NCBI GenBank assembly: GCA_021613535.1
Contig: CP075497.1
Span: 12,710,001 to 12,774,000 of the forward strand
From: Adineta vaga
Lineage: Eukaryota > Animalia > Rotifera
DNA length: 64,000 bases
Direction of reading: 5' to 3'
The notes beneath the pieces are model-generated. The model was given only the letters and a program-made list of their open reading frames with translations. It was not told the origin of the DNA and made no database searches. Each line of letters opens with the position of its first letter. Position 1 is the first letter of the stretch. A program made the translations under genes and the position numbers. Positions 25,001 to 36,991 of this stretch are shown piece after piece.

Positions 25001-26103
25001 TCAATTATTTCGAGGAAAAAACAACGATGTAACAAATTCAAATGCACCAAAATAAATTAAACCACCAATTGAGATCCACATTGTTCGAGGTAATACTCCA
25101 CTATATAAACTATAGAAAACAACATTTAAATTATTATTTCAATAGAAAAAGAAAAGAACGAACGCAGTAAATCCTTCATTTCGAATAATATTTTTCATAA
25201 TTTTTAAAGAATGAGAAGCTGCATCAGCATCTGAATGCTAAAAACAAAACAGATTAAATCTTTTATAAAAAAGAAGGAATATTTACATGAGCTAACATAA
25301 TTCTTGTTTTTGCCACATCTAAAATTGAAATTTATCTTTATTGAAAAAGAGAAAGGAAGTAACCAAACCAAGTGGCGTTGTCAGAGAAGCAGCAATTCCA
25401 CCTGCAAGTGATCCACAAAGAGCTCCTTGCCATGGATAAACAGAATGACCTTGAATTTCACTCCAAGTTCTCTGTAAGAAAGAGAAATTCTTTTTCTTTT
25501 TAACATAAAGAAAAAAAAGATAAAAACAAACTTTAAAATATTCCCATAATGGAAATTGTATTACTGAAAATGGAATTTCTCTTGAAACAGTTGCTAAATA
25601 TCCTCGATAAAGACCAAAAAAACCCTAAAAACTAAAGAATTATTTGATTTAAAAAGATCCAATCAAAAGATTCAACTTCATTTTGTATTGTTGATCGTGC
25701 AATTGTTGATAAACGTAAATTTCGATCAATTTGCGCTCTTTGTTTAATAACTTCAACTGGAACACGTATTAAACAAGCTGACTAAAACCAAAACGAAGAT
25801 TTCATTTGTATAAAATATAAAATCAATTACAATTTCTCCAAATATTGCCGCTAACATATGAGTTTTCCATTGAGATTCAAAATGAAGAAATTGTTTGGTT
25901 AAATTATATGAAGTAAAAAAAAGAGCCGATGATGGACCACTACCAATTAATACTGAACCAACACCAGAATATAAAGATGAAAATAAAAATTTTCGATTTA
26001 AATTTTTCTTTTGTTGAAGACGAGTTTTAATTGTATCAATTGGATATAATGATAAATCAACAGAACAACCAGCGATTGATCCAGCCTTTAAAGAAATATT
26101 CAT
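25001..26103 (-). CDS. SLC25A26: Mitochondrial S-adenosylmethionine carrier (SLC25A26/PET8-like)
   Basis: [96 protein letters not shown]-like. Confidence 0.88.
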
Positions 26104-26295
26104 TCTTCTTTTTTAAAGATATAATTATAAGGAAAAACAAACCACTAATGAATGTTCGATTAATCTAATAAAATCAGTTTCTTTCATTTTCAATTCTTTA
26201 TCTACAAAAAAAGAAAAATATATTTTCATTGATCTTTTTTTTCTAAAATATTTATTTTTTCATAAAAAATAAAATAAATTGTTCTTTTTTTATAT

Positions 26296-27541
26296 TTATT
26301 TTGAATTTGTTGATAATAATTGAGGAAGAATTTGTGCGGCTGGACCATGAAAATGATAACTAAATAAAAACAGAACGAAATAAAGATTTTCTTTAAAGAA
26401 AAACAAACGTTGCAATTGAAGTCGATGGAGTTGTTTCAATATTAATTTCAACAACAGGTATATTTCTTTCAGCAAATACTGATGCATAACCAGCAGCTGG
26501 ATAAACAACAGATGATGTTCCAATCTTTTAAATAGAAAACATATTAAATAAAAAGAAAAAGAAAAGAAAAGAAACTTACAACTAAGAATAAATCGCATAG
26601 TTGAATTTCTTTTTCAATTTTTTGTAAAACATCCGACCAAATTTGTTCACCAAACCAAACAATATGAGGACGAAGTAATCCATGACATTTTCGACAACGT
26701 GGAAGATCTTTTTCATCAATATCATCTTTATTATCAACATCAGATGATCTTTTAAATAAATAAATTTTAAATTTTGTTTTCTTTAACTAAAAAAATGATT
26801 TTTACTCTCGATTTCTTAATGATTCACAAATTGGACTTGAATTATTTTCTTCAATAAATGAACACGAAGTACAACGAACCATAAAGAGATTTCCTTGAAA
26901 AGAAAGTTCATTGCATCAATTTCAAATTAAACTGAATATCTCACCATGCATTTCAATTAAATTCTTTGTTCCAGCACGACGATGAAGACCTTATTTTTCC
27001 GAAAAAATGAAATGAAATTATAAAAAGAAGAAATAAATAGTTACCATCAACATTTTGAGTAATAACATGAAATCTTTTCCCTTCTTTTTCAAATCTTTTT
27101 TCAGCTTCTGCTAAAGCAAAATGTGCCTGAAAAACAAAACGATATGGTTTTAGTTTTAAAAATGAAAATTAATTTTGACTTTATTTGGTTCTTTTGTTCG
27201 AACAATTTCTCTTCGATAATGATAAAATTCCCAAACAAGAGATGGTGAACGTGAAAATGCTGTTGGAGTTGCTAAATCCTTTGAAAATATTCTTTTAAGA
27301 AGCATTTATTCTGAAGAAAATCAACTGAACTGTAGCTCGATATTGTCTCCAAAGTCCTCCTGCACCACGAAATGTTGGAACACCTGATTCAGCCGATATT
27401 CCTGCACCGGTTAAAACAAGAACGGATCGAGCATTGGCGATTAAACGACGAAATTCAACGATTTTTGCACCGGTCTAAACATAAATTTATTTTATGTTAT
27501 TTTTAAAGAAATCTTTTTCTTCTACTCACTGTTGAGGCCAT
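26296..27541 (-). CDS. SIRT5: NAD-dependent deacylase sirtuin, class III (SIRT5)
   Basis: [32 protein letters not shown] (Tyr/Arg succinyl-specificity pair), ITQNVDGLH, EMHG, CxxC...Cxx[18 protein letters not shown]; multi-exon. Confidence 0.93.
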
Positions 27542-29142
27542 TCTCGTCTCGTTTATTCGGTTTTTTTATCTAAAAGAATTCTTCGACATATTGATTATAA
27601 CCTTTAAGAAGAAAAAAATCGATATTTCAAAAAGGTTATTTCCAATTTTGAAATCTTTTTCTTTGATTTTCATAATTTTAAATAAATTAACTCAATCTTT
27701 CTTAAGAAATATTTTTAAAAAAAGTAAAGATTTGTTAATTTATTTCATCTTACTTATTTTTAGAAGTACAAAATAAATCATTGGTTCATTTTTTAATCAA
27801 TAGAAAAACGAGAAAGAATCACCTCTTCCTTCTCCTTTCGTTTCAATCATCTATCGACACACAGTCCTTTTCTGACAATTCTATCAATCCATATAACCAC
27901 AGTGTCACCCATAAACGACCCAGGATCATTCTGTCCAAAAGAAATTTTTTGGGTATAGAATCGATTATTGTTCATTACTTTTTAATCTTTTTTCCTGTGA
28001 ATCTAGTATTTAGTGTATTTCAACAGATAACTTAGATGATGGAATAGGGACAGTGGTTAAACGTAGTTTCGATAAAGGATAGTTCATAGGGTTTAATTGC
28101 GATATGCAAAAATTTTCGTCTTTCACACTGTTTTATTTTGCAGTCTTCTTATTATGGATTGCGGTCTATACAAATTGAATCACTTATTTTTGTTCATTTT
28201 GCTTTTGTTTACTGAGTTTTAGCAAACTACATTATCTTAATGAGTTCGCGATAATATGTGCATATAATATACGGTTGCAATCGATACTACTTCAGAGAGT
28301 ATATAATGAATTTTATATCAAATGAAAGCCCGTCAAAAGTGGAATCTATTAATACTAAATAGTTAGGATTATACGAACTTTTTCATATCTAGCTGAATCA
28401 ATTTTTATCAGCTTCATCCACTAGTTTGGTGTATACAGTTGAGATATCTGTAACTCCGTACTCGAAAAACGTTTTTGCTTTAAATATTTTGCACTATGTT
28501 GAAACGGCTCAAGAACCTAATAAATAAAATGGAATTCATATGTTGTAACAGAGAAATCGATGCTCTATCTAACCAAATGAAAAAAGAAACTTTTTGAAAG
28601 TTTACTGAAAGAAAGTAGACTAAGGAAAATGACCAAAAATAAGTGAACTAACTTATATATTGGAAATATTCAACAGAATTCATTCGAACGACTGCTAATG
28701 ATAATATTCACGAGATCGTAAAGATTCGAATGTAATATCACATATTAATTTCTTTTTTTTTGAGCAGTGAAATTGAAACATATTTACTGTATTAACAACT
28801 CATCTGTGTTTTAGTATTTAGATTTACATATGAACTGATTTTTAATAATCGTCAATATCTTGAGGGTGAATACTTTTCTCGCCGTTAACAGAAATATCAT
28901 GGTTTGTCGATTGATGTAGACAAAAGGAAATGAAGAGAATCAAAGCAACTTCAATGAGTCAGGACGAATAAGTTTCGTTAATTGCTGTCTATTTTACGCA
29001 AACGTTACGCTTGATTAATTGCTTAGATAAATCTATATTCAAAACAACCAATTTTGACAAGAATTACATAATTCGAATTCGAATATAAATGCACATTCAG
29101 CTATTTGATATCATTTCGTAGTTTTATTTTGTTATATTATAA

Positions 29143-30159
29143 TTATCTAGTAAAATAATGATAAAAAGAAAGAATTCTTTGATAAAATAAATGACGAAAC
29201 AATTGACTCGACAAAACTGAAACATAAAACGATGTTGAAAAACTAAAAAAATATAATGAACCACCAAGTTGAATTGAAAATCCAATTAAAACGAAATCAT
29301 TTGGATTAATATTTCCATTTGTAAATGCATTATGAATAATAAAATAAGTATAGGAGACAAAACGTAAAAGTGATAAAACAATACTCAGAATAACTTGAAT
29401 TAGAATGATCTTCAATCAAAAACAAATTTATTTATTAAAATCAAAAAAGTTTTTCTTTACTTTAAAAAGTTTCATTTCTAAACGTGCTTTTTTCCGATGA
29501 TTTTGTGGAAGTTGTCTTCGAATCATTAAACTTCTGATTTGTTCTTGAGATTTTTTCAGAGATAAAATTGTTAAAAATGTAAATATAAACATAAGAATAT
29601 GTGGTAAAAAGATGATTAAAATAATAAAATATAATGAAAATATAAATATATAAATATTTTGTGGAATTATTTGACAAGTATTATTATAAATATCATGATA
29701 AATTAATATATGAATTGATAAAAGACTTATTAATAAAAAAACAATAATTGAGAATATTTTCGCAATTTTTTGTTGAGATAACCAATGAATTTGAATATTA
29801 TTTGATCTAGAAATATATCGATCGAATGTTGTTAAAACCATATAATATGATGATAATGAGGGAAATATTATCACGACATAATAACGAATTTTACAAAATA
29901 TTCGAGATTTATTAAATAAATTATATGAAAATCGATCAATTGTTAAACGAACAATAACACAAAATAAAATTGTGATTAATTGAAATATTGTTACTAATAA
30001 TAAATAAAATATTGATGAAGATTTACCTAATTTTTTATTTGTTAATAATATTAAATTACAAATATTACCAATTGTACCAAATATTAATGTTATTATATCA
30101 ATACAAAATGTTAATTCGGAACTTATTTTTGTTAAAATTATTGAATAACTATTATTCAT
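29143..30159 (-). CDS. Orphan rhodopsin-like GPCR, 2 exons
   Basis: FGTIGNICNLI (TM1 GN), FCKIRYY, LTTFDRY, seven hydrophobic segments, terminal FYVSVLSSQLFR; ORFs 29428..30189 and 29143..29415. Confidence 0.8.
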
Positions 30160-30645
30160 GATAATCTTTGTTAAAAAGATAATTTTCAACTTTTTCTTTT
30201 GTTAAAAAAACTTGGAAATATTTTAATTAATTTTCTTTTTCATGAAAATATTTCTTTACTATGTTTATATCAAAACGGAAATTAGATTTGCTTTTAACAA
30301 TTTACTTCTGGATATTTTAATTAAAAATTATCATCAATAGTTTATTCATTTTTATTGAACAAATAGCAAAAAAGGTCAAGAATTGGAGGAAGAAACATTT
30401 TATCTGATATATTTCTTTTTTTTTTCAGGAACATGACCGAGTGACCGAGTGCATCTGCTCTTCTTGAACGAATAGAAAATAGAAGAGAAAGAGAATGAGA
30501 GACAGTTGCTTCCATTATCATTTACTGATTTCTTTCTTCATAGTCGAACATATAGAATAGAAATTCCCATTTTTGTAAGTAGAAAAATTTTATACGAAAG
30601 AAATATTTAATTGTTGAATTTTGTTTTTATGTAGAAGAAATCTTA

Positions 30646-30852
30646 ATGGAAGCAATTAAAGCTGGAATTGAAAAAGTCAAAGAAGCTGTTGATAATAAAA
30701 AAGCTGATGAGAAATTAGAAAAAGCAAATGATCCAAATGTAAAACCAAGTGAACGATTGGATGCTGCTTTTGAAGCAGATAAAGCTGCAGCAAAAGCTGC
30801 TGAACATCATGCCAAGGCTGAAGAACATAAAGCAAAACATACACATAGTTAA
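30646..30852 (+). CDS. Small hydrophilic helical protein resembling fungal glucose-repressible Grg1/Ccg-1
   Basis: 68 aa, A/K/E-rich, no Cys or Trp; MEAIK...ANDPNVKPSERLDAA...HHAKAEEHK follows the Grg1 pattern (M-T-KNA...AKDSN...TRL-AA...KHDAKAE-HK) as recalled; AATAAA downstream. Confidence 0.6.
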   Translation: MEAIKAGIEKVKEAVDNKKADEKLEKANDPNVKPSERLDAAFEADKAAAKAAEHHAKAEEHKAKHTHS

Positions 30853-31691
30853 ATATAGACAATTACATTTATCATTTATGTTCAGTCAGTTTCTTTTTAT
30901 TCAATAAAATTAATCAAGCTCTATTACACATGTCTTTTCATAATTGTATTTTAAATCCAACAATTTCTAATTGAAAAGGTTAGAAATTTCTCAGAAAAAA
31001 TTGAAACTCTTCCTATTCGAAAGACTTCTACCATAAATCACAGAGACGACTGTTTCCACACTGAAATATTTAATCTTGGTAATGGTGAATCGCTTGAAAA
31101 GTATGTTTATGATCAGATTGAAACATAAATTTTAAAATCAACTCACTTACATGAAGTTCATTCGATTTACCACCTGATAATCAATGATTTGAAACATCTT
31201 TTTTCAGTACGTTTTATTTCATCAACAATTAAAATATTTATCCTAATTGATATAATTTAAAACGATATACATACGGTAATCTGATTGTATTTGACTTATT
31301 ATTTATTAACAAATCAAACTGGAAATGATCAAAATATTCCTTTTTACCATGGTATACAGATAGGACATTTATTGAAGCTATTTGTCATTCACACGCATCA
31401 TATCGACTTAAATTCGAGTTTAGCCCATAGTTTTTAGGTAACGAACAACTTTGATGATGAACTCATTCCTTTCTGCTCGTATTCATTATTTTGAAACTTT
31501 AAAAAAAGTATTGAAAGATCTGTTGATGAAAACAGTTCATGTACAAAACTAAAACATTTCAAATAGCGAGTCTCACTATTATATTTGATCACTATTTAAT
31601 ATATATATATATATATATAGAAAAAGATCTTTTTCAATAGTTATAATGAACTATAATTTATTCTTTTTATTTGATAAAAAGAAGAAGAAGA

Positions 31692-32822
31692 TTAAAATAA
31701 TCCAACATAATAAGGCCATGTAGCAATTCCACACATATTCTTATTTCGTCTAATTTTAAGATAGCCATTATCACCCCATGTTGATCCCCATGAATTTTTT
31801 ACTTTCCAATAATCAATACCATTTTCAGTACCATAACCAACAATAACTAAAGCATGATTCATATTTCTATGAGTTGGACAACCCGGTACATCGAAAATTC
31901 CCGATGCATAATGATCAAATTTATTTGAAACTTCTCTTAAAATCGTATCATTTCCTTCACGTAGACCGCAATTGAAAGAAAAATAAATAGGACCACGTGC
32001 AAAAAGAACTTGTTTCATATATGATTCATCTTCAGTTGGTAATTGTTCATATTGAAGTGGATATTTCTTATTAACAGAAAGAAGGGCACCATTTAATTTT
32101 TGACATTTATCTTGTTGTTTTCCATCACTAGTTGATGGATAATCTTTTTCTAAATTAAGTCGAAAACCATTATCACGAATATAATTAAATGTATCAGTAA
32201 AACTTCCACCTTCACAACCATTTGCATATGAACAATCAATTAATTCTTGTGGACTTAATGGACCTGATTGATTATAAATTTGTGCATAGGTCTTTTCTAA
32301 AGCACCAACCATAGCAAAAGCATAACATGAACCACAATGACGTTGATTTTTCACGGGTGTTACAGCGAATGGAACTCGATTTTGATTTGTCCAATCATAA
32401 AAATCAGGTAATTGAATATGTTGACGTGATTGAATTGGTTGATTTCGATTAACTGGTTCATTATTAATCTTTGTACGTAATTGATCACGTTCATGATCAG
32501 TCCAATCACTTAGTTCATTAATTTTTAATTTAAACGTACTGGATGGATTTTGATTATGTTGAAGAACATATTTTAAATTTGATTTAAATATTTGAATACG
32601 TTGAGATTTTTTAAAATCAACTTTTTTATTGAAATGTTCTTTTCGATATTGAATTTGAAAATATTCATAAAGACGATTTAATAGAATTGAATCATTTTCA
32701 ATTAAATCAATTGGATTTTGTTCATGTTTTAATATTGAATCAATATAATCTTGAACATTGATTAAACAATTGAATGTTCCAATTGAAGAAAATAAAAGGA
32801 AAAGAAGTATTTCGTATTTCAT
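31692..32822 (-). CDS. Papain-family (C1A) cysteine protease, cathepsin L-like, intronless
   Basis: Signal peptide, I29-type prodomain (RIQIFKSNL, INELSDWT), QRHCGSCYAF, GCEGG, NHALVIVGYG, YWKVKNSWG. Confidence 0.95.
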   Translation of the reverse strand: MKYEILLFLLFSSIGTFNCLINVQDYIDSILKHEQNPIDLIENDSILLNRLYEYFQIQYRKEHFNKKVDFKKSQRIQIFKSNLKYVLQHNQNPSSTFKLKINELSDWTDHERDQLRTKINNEPVNRNQPIQSRQHIQLPDFYDWTNQNRVPFAVTPVKNQRHCGSCYAFAMVGALEKTYAQIYNQSGPLSPQELIDCSYANGCEGGSFTDTFNYIRDNGFRLNLEKDYPSTSDGKQQDKCQKLNGALLSVNKKYPLQYEQLPTEDESYMKQVLFARGPIYFSFNCGLREGNDTILREVSNKFDHYASGIFDVPGCPTHRNMNHALVIVGYGTENGIDYWKVKNSWGSTWGDNGYLKIRRNKNMCGIATWPYYVGLF

Positions 32823-32990
32823 TCTTTTTCTTCTTTTTAATAAGAAAAGCAATTTTATTATCAATTATCAAATATTTTTATACGTCGTTTGTTTTTTTTT
32901 TCATCTGTGAAATTTTCTCATGAGAAAATAACAGATCAAAGTTTATTAAAGATAAGAAATAAACTGAGAAAACCCTTGAAAAAGAAAAAT

Positions 32991-34745
32991 TTATTGTTTT
33001 TGAGCAATAATTCGAATTCCACCAACATGTTTTCCATTGAAAAGTTTAACAATCGATTGATAAAAAGAATGTAAACGTTGATAAATATCTTCTCCATGAA
33101 TTTCAATTAAATTCATTTGATTTTTTTCAAATAAATCTAAACGTTCTTTTGTATAATTTCTCCAATCTTCTGATAAATCAACAGTTTTAAGTATGACAAA
33201 GCCTGATTGAATTAAATGATCTTTATATTGATCAATTGTTGGTAAATATTTACAAAAAACATCATGTTCTAAAATTTGTGATTCTTCATTAGTTAAATTT
33301 TCAATTCGAATAAAATCTTCACAATAAAAATATCCATTTGTTTTCAATAAACGAAATGATTTTTTCATTAAATTAATTCGATCAAATTCATTAAAATGTA
33401 AAATTGTAATCCAACTAAAAATTCCTTGATAAAAATTTTCTTGTAAATGTTGACTAACATTAAGAAAATCTCCTGCAATATGATGAATTTTATTTGATAA
33501 ATTACAACGATCAGTTAATTCATTTGCAAATTGTGATAAATCATTTTGTAATTCAATAGCTAATATATTTAAATGATATTTTCCAGCTAAATAACGAGAA
33601 CAGCCACCTAAATTGGAACCTATTTGAATAATCCATTTGGATGAATTTTGATTTTCATCAAGAAAATTTAATTCTTTCATTGATAAATCTAAAACTTCAA
33701 TTCCATGATAATGATTTTGATCAAATGAAAGTAAATCTTTATATGAAATTGAACCTTTTGCTAAACCGTTTGCACGTAAACTATTTCGTAATGAAATTAA
33801 TAATTCAGGTTTATTATAAAGACGCATTGATTTAATATCAACAATTAATTTTGCAATTCGTGTATCAAGAAAACGAATTGGATCAATTTGTTTAAAATTT
33901 TCATTTAAAATTTGTGCTGTTTTAAGTGAATCAATTGTGATTTCAATCGTTGATTCAGCAATTGAATTCTTTCCAATAATATTAACTTTATCAAACCAAG
34001 ATTTTGCATCATTTTCATTTAAATGAAATTTTTCAGAAATTCTTTTAATTGATTTTAATGAATTTTGTTGAAATGAAAGACAAGATTTTTCTAACGCTTT
34101 AAACATATTTTCTAAATGAATTAAATTTTCTCCAATAAATTTTTCTTTCGATGCAATTAGAAAACAAGGCCATGGTGTTATAATTTCACCAATACGACGA
34201 ATTTCTCCTTTATCGTAAAAAGGTTTTTGCATAAAATATTCCCAAAGAAAAGCAGATGATGTTTTATCATTAACTGATTTTCTTAAATTTTCAAAATTAT
34301 CATTAATTAAAAATTCAATCTCATTTTGTTTCCATCCATATTGATTTGCCAGAACACAACTCATTAAATGAGAACCACTTTGATATCTACTAATACCAAA
34401 TATTTCACCTTTTAAATCTTCAATTGAATTAAAATTTGAATTTGATCCAGTTGAAACTGACCAGATTAATGGTGATTGAACATATGTACCAATTAATCGT
34501 ATATCAGATCCTTTACAAATTTCATTAATTAAACCTTCAGTTAATGCAACAATAACATCAACTTCATCAGATTTTAATTTATTTAACATTGCACCAGTAC
34601 CTTCTTTAACCGAATGCCATTTTATATCAATTCCTTCTTTTAAAAACAGTTCTTCTTCTAAACCAATAATCCATGGTTCATTGAAATGTTCAGGTACACC
34701 AGCTACGCGTATTGTGGGATTGTTATTCACTTTTGTTTCATCCAT
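32991..34745 (-). CDS. Fusion of NMT1/THI5-like (PBP2) substrate-binding domain and class I SAM-dependent methyltransferase (sarcosine/dimethylglycine MT-like), intronless
   Basis: N-half IRVAGVPEHFNEPW, GTGAM, DVIVALTEG, GISRYQSGSHLMS, FLWEYFMQKPF, ITPWPCF. C-half FDQNHYHG, IQIGSNLGGCSRYLA, IAGDFL, LLKTNGYFYCED, DLSEDW. Confidence 0.85.
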   Translation of the reverse strand: MDETKVNNNPTIRVAGVPEHFNEPWIIGLEEELFLKEGIDIKWHSVKEGTGAMLNKLKSDEVDVIVALTEGLINEICKGSDIRLIGTYVQSPLIWSVSTGSNSNFNSIEDLKGEIFGISRYQSGSHLMSCVLANQYGWKQNEIEFLINDNFENLRKSVNDKTSSAFLWEYFMQKPFYDKGEIRRIGEIITPWPCFLIASKEKFIGENLIHLENMFKALEKSCLSFQQNSLKSIKRISEKFHLNENDAKSWFDKVNIIGKNSIAESTIEITIDSLKTAQILNENFKQIDPIRFLDTRIAKLIVDIKSMRLYNKPELLISLRNSLRANGLAKGSISYKDLLSFDQNHYHGIEVLDLSMKELNFLDENQNSSKWIIQIGSNLGGCSRYLAGKYHLNILAIELQNDLSQFANELTDRCNLSNKIHHIAGDFLNVSQHLQENFYQGIFSWITILHFNEFDRINLMKKSFRLLKTNGYFYCEDFIRIENLTNEESQILEHDVFCKYLPTIDQYKDHLIQSGFVILKTVDLSEDWRNYTKERLDLFEKNQMNLIEIHGEDIYQRLHSFYQSIVKLFNGKHVGGIRIIAQKQ

Positions 34746-34969
34746 CTTATTTCTTTATCATTCTTCTTTCATCGATACTCATTTATATATATATATTCTT
34801 CCTTTTTTTCTTTCTTATTCGAACATATCGTTACGCTTGAATGAATTTGTTATTTATGTCTATAGATGAATATCATATGAATAAAATCGCTTTCGTGTCT
34901 ATTTGATAATCTGATGAAAATAGAGAAAGATAAGAATAAGAATAAATTTATTCCTTTTTAAAACATATT

Positions 34970-35467
34970 TTAATTAACAGCAATATAAAGAATAGTTAAT
35001 GTTGATCGTCCAATTGGATGTCTACCACCTAGCATTGCTTTTTGTGCTGGATCTAATTCCCATGAAGCATTCATTTGAATATTTTGAGCAGTTTGTTGAT
35101 AGGTAAATCGAACTCCACGATGTCTTTGATTAATTTCTTCAACAGCTTTCATTCCTGCTTGTGTTTTTAAATTTAAACGCATTGGACGTTCAGATGTATT
35201 ATATGCTTTACTTAGACCAACTTGACTATGTGCAGCACATTTATTTATATAATTAATTGCATTTTGATATTCTTCTACAGTCATTTTACCTTTTAACCAA
35301 CTTGGATCAAGAAGAGAATTGGGATTAAAAAAACCATTTGCGCCTTCAACTTTGATAATTCCACCATTCATTAGTTCAGCCATTGGTAAATGAGGTGTTA
35401 ATTTACCTATTTCTGATTCAGCTTCTTCAGCTGAATATGTTGTTAATAAACCAACTGCACAACCCAT
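34970..35467 (-). CDS. Hypothetical protein with N-terminal MGC acylation motif, possibly Erf4/Golgin-A7-like
   Basis: Clean 165-aa ORF; MGCAV N-terminus; LKGKMTVEEYQNAINYIN resembles the Erf4/GOLGA7 core. Confidence 0.55.
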   Translation of the reverse strand: MGCAVGLLTTYSAEEAESEIGKLTPHLPMAELMNGGIIKVEGANGFFNPNSLLDPSWLKGKMTVEEYQNAINYINKCAAHSQVGLSKAYNTSERPMRLNLKTQAGMKAVEEINQRHRGVRFTYQQTAQNIQMNASWELDPAQKAMLGGRHPIGRSTLTILYIAVN

Positions 35468-36320
35468 TTAAAAAAAATTATTTTTCTTATAAAATAATTT
35501 CTAAAAACTTTCACTAGTTTTTATAGCATGTATTTAATATTTCTCTGACGTTTACATTTTCTTCCAATAATAAGAGAAGAACAGTGAAAAAAATCTGTTG
35601 TCAACGTAACGTGTCGATTCCTTTTATTGTTCTACGTCACACTTTGACGTATTTCTTTCCACTCTTTAAGAACAATCATATTAATTCAAACAGTCTAAGT
35701 TGTTTTCGTACGTCAATGATTAGAAAAAGAAAAGGAATTTTTGAAATGTACTCAGAAGTCTTTGACATAAATACTAACATGAAATACTTTCCAAATGTAT
35801 GCCATTTTACCTGAATATTTCATAGAGAAATAACATTCCTAACTTTGTTTTACATAAATCATAGTTAATAAGAATATCAAAAGACAAACATTTTTAATTA
35901 ATTGTAATAATAGGAAAGATTCGATGATTTTAATTCATGTCTTAATGATCTTTTATCTCTTTAAAAAGAAAAATGGATAGATCATATCTTTGACTGTTAT
36001 GTAAAAGACTAATTTTCAAATAAAAAAAATTAAGAATATTGTTTTCACCGATTTATTAAGCTTATCAGTATTTTTTGTAGTGATCATGATCATATGATAA
36101 TAAATAGAAAATAAAGTACAGAAAAATCACTTGAGATATTTAATATTCAACTGGTTCCTAAAAATGAAAAAATTCTTGTTCTTTATTTATCTATACGAAA
36201 ATACCTATGTGAAATCAACAAATCTGCCAAACAATTCTAAAATTGAATGAGTGAATTGATTTTTATCTATGTATTCTTTTAATGTATCACCAAATTTGTT
36301 TCATAAATACATAAACATTT

Positions 36321-36423
36321 CACAGCGTTGACCAAGACGACGATTCCGGCCGGAATACTGCTTCTATGAAATCCTCGGAAGTCCACGGAACTTCCCGTTT
36401 CTGAGCCGAACGGTTCGACCTGA
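36321..36423. mobile_element. Degraded MITE remnant related to the CCCAGGTCGA-terminated element at 47056
   Basis: GC-rich island; left end CACAGCGTTGACCAAGACG and right end GTTCGACCTGA resemble the 47056/47288 termini. Confidence 0.35.
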
Positions 36424-36991
36424 ATGTTCTTCATGAAATTTTTAGTTTGGTTTGGAGTTGCATACCCCCAGAGTTGCCAATCTCTGATTGTGTAAGAAAA
36501 TGATTCATTTTTTGTGGTAGTTATTATATCAGGGTCGAGTTGTTCTTTACTACTCAATTCTTTGATTTCTTAATAAAATCAATCGATTCGATTTATCTGA
36601 TAAAATATTCTATGTTAAAGACAGACAGATATAAATGTATTGACATATTTTTCAATAGTAATATACATTGTAGAAAAACGACATATGTATTTTTTTCTGA
36701 TTTTTATTGCATTGATTGAGGCGACAAAAACAAACTATTCACAAGTAAACGAAAAGATTAGAATTAAGTTTTCTTTCCGATACTTTAATTCTCAAACTGA
36801 ATATTATCTTTCTTCTAAGTAACTGGTTGAAAACAAAAAAGAATCTGTTAATGTGGGTGTTCGATATATTTATCTTTTGATAATCAAGTTTCTTTTTTTC
36901 TTCTGTGTGAATAATAACCAACTGATATTTTGATTATATTTATCTGACTGATTGAAAAGTTTTACATGAAAAAAATAAATCTAAAAGAATA

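Noticed and set aside
27880-28700. Moderately GC-richer intergenic stretch resembling non-autonomous DNA transposon debris
   Set aside because: No convincing TIR pair or TSD found by eye.
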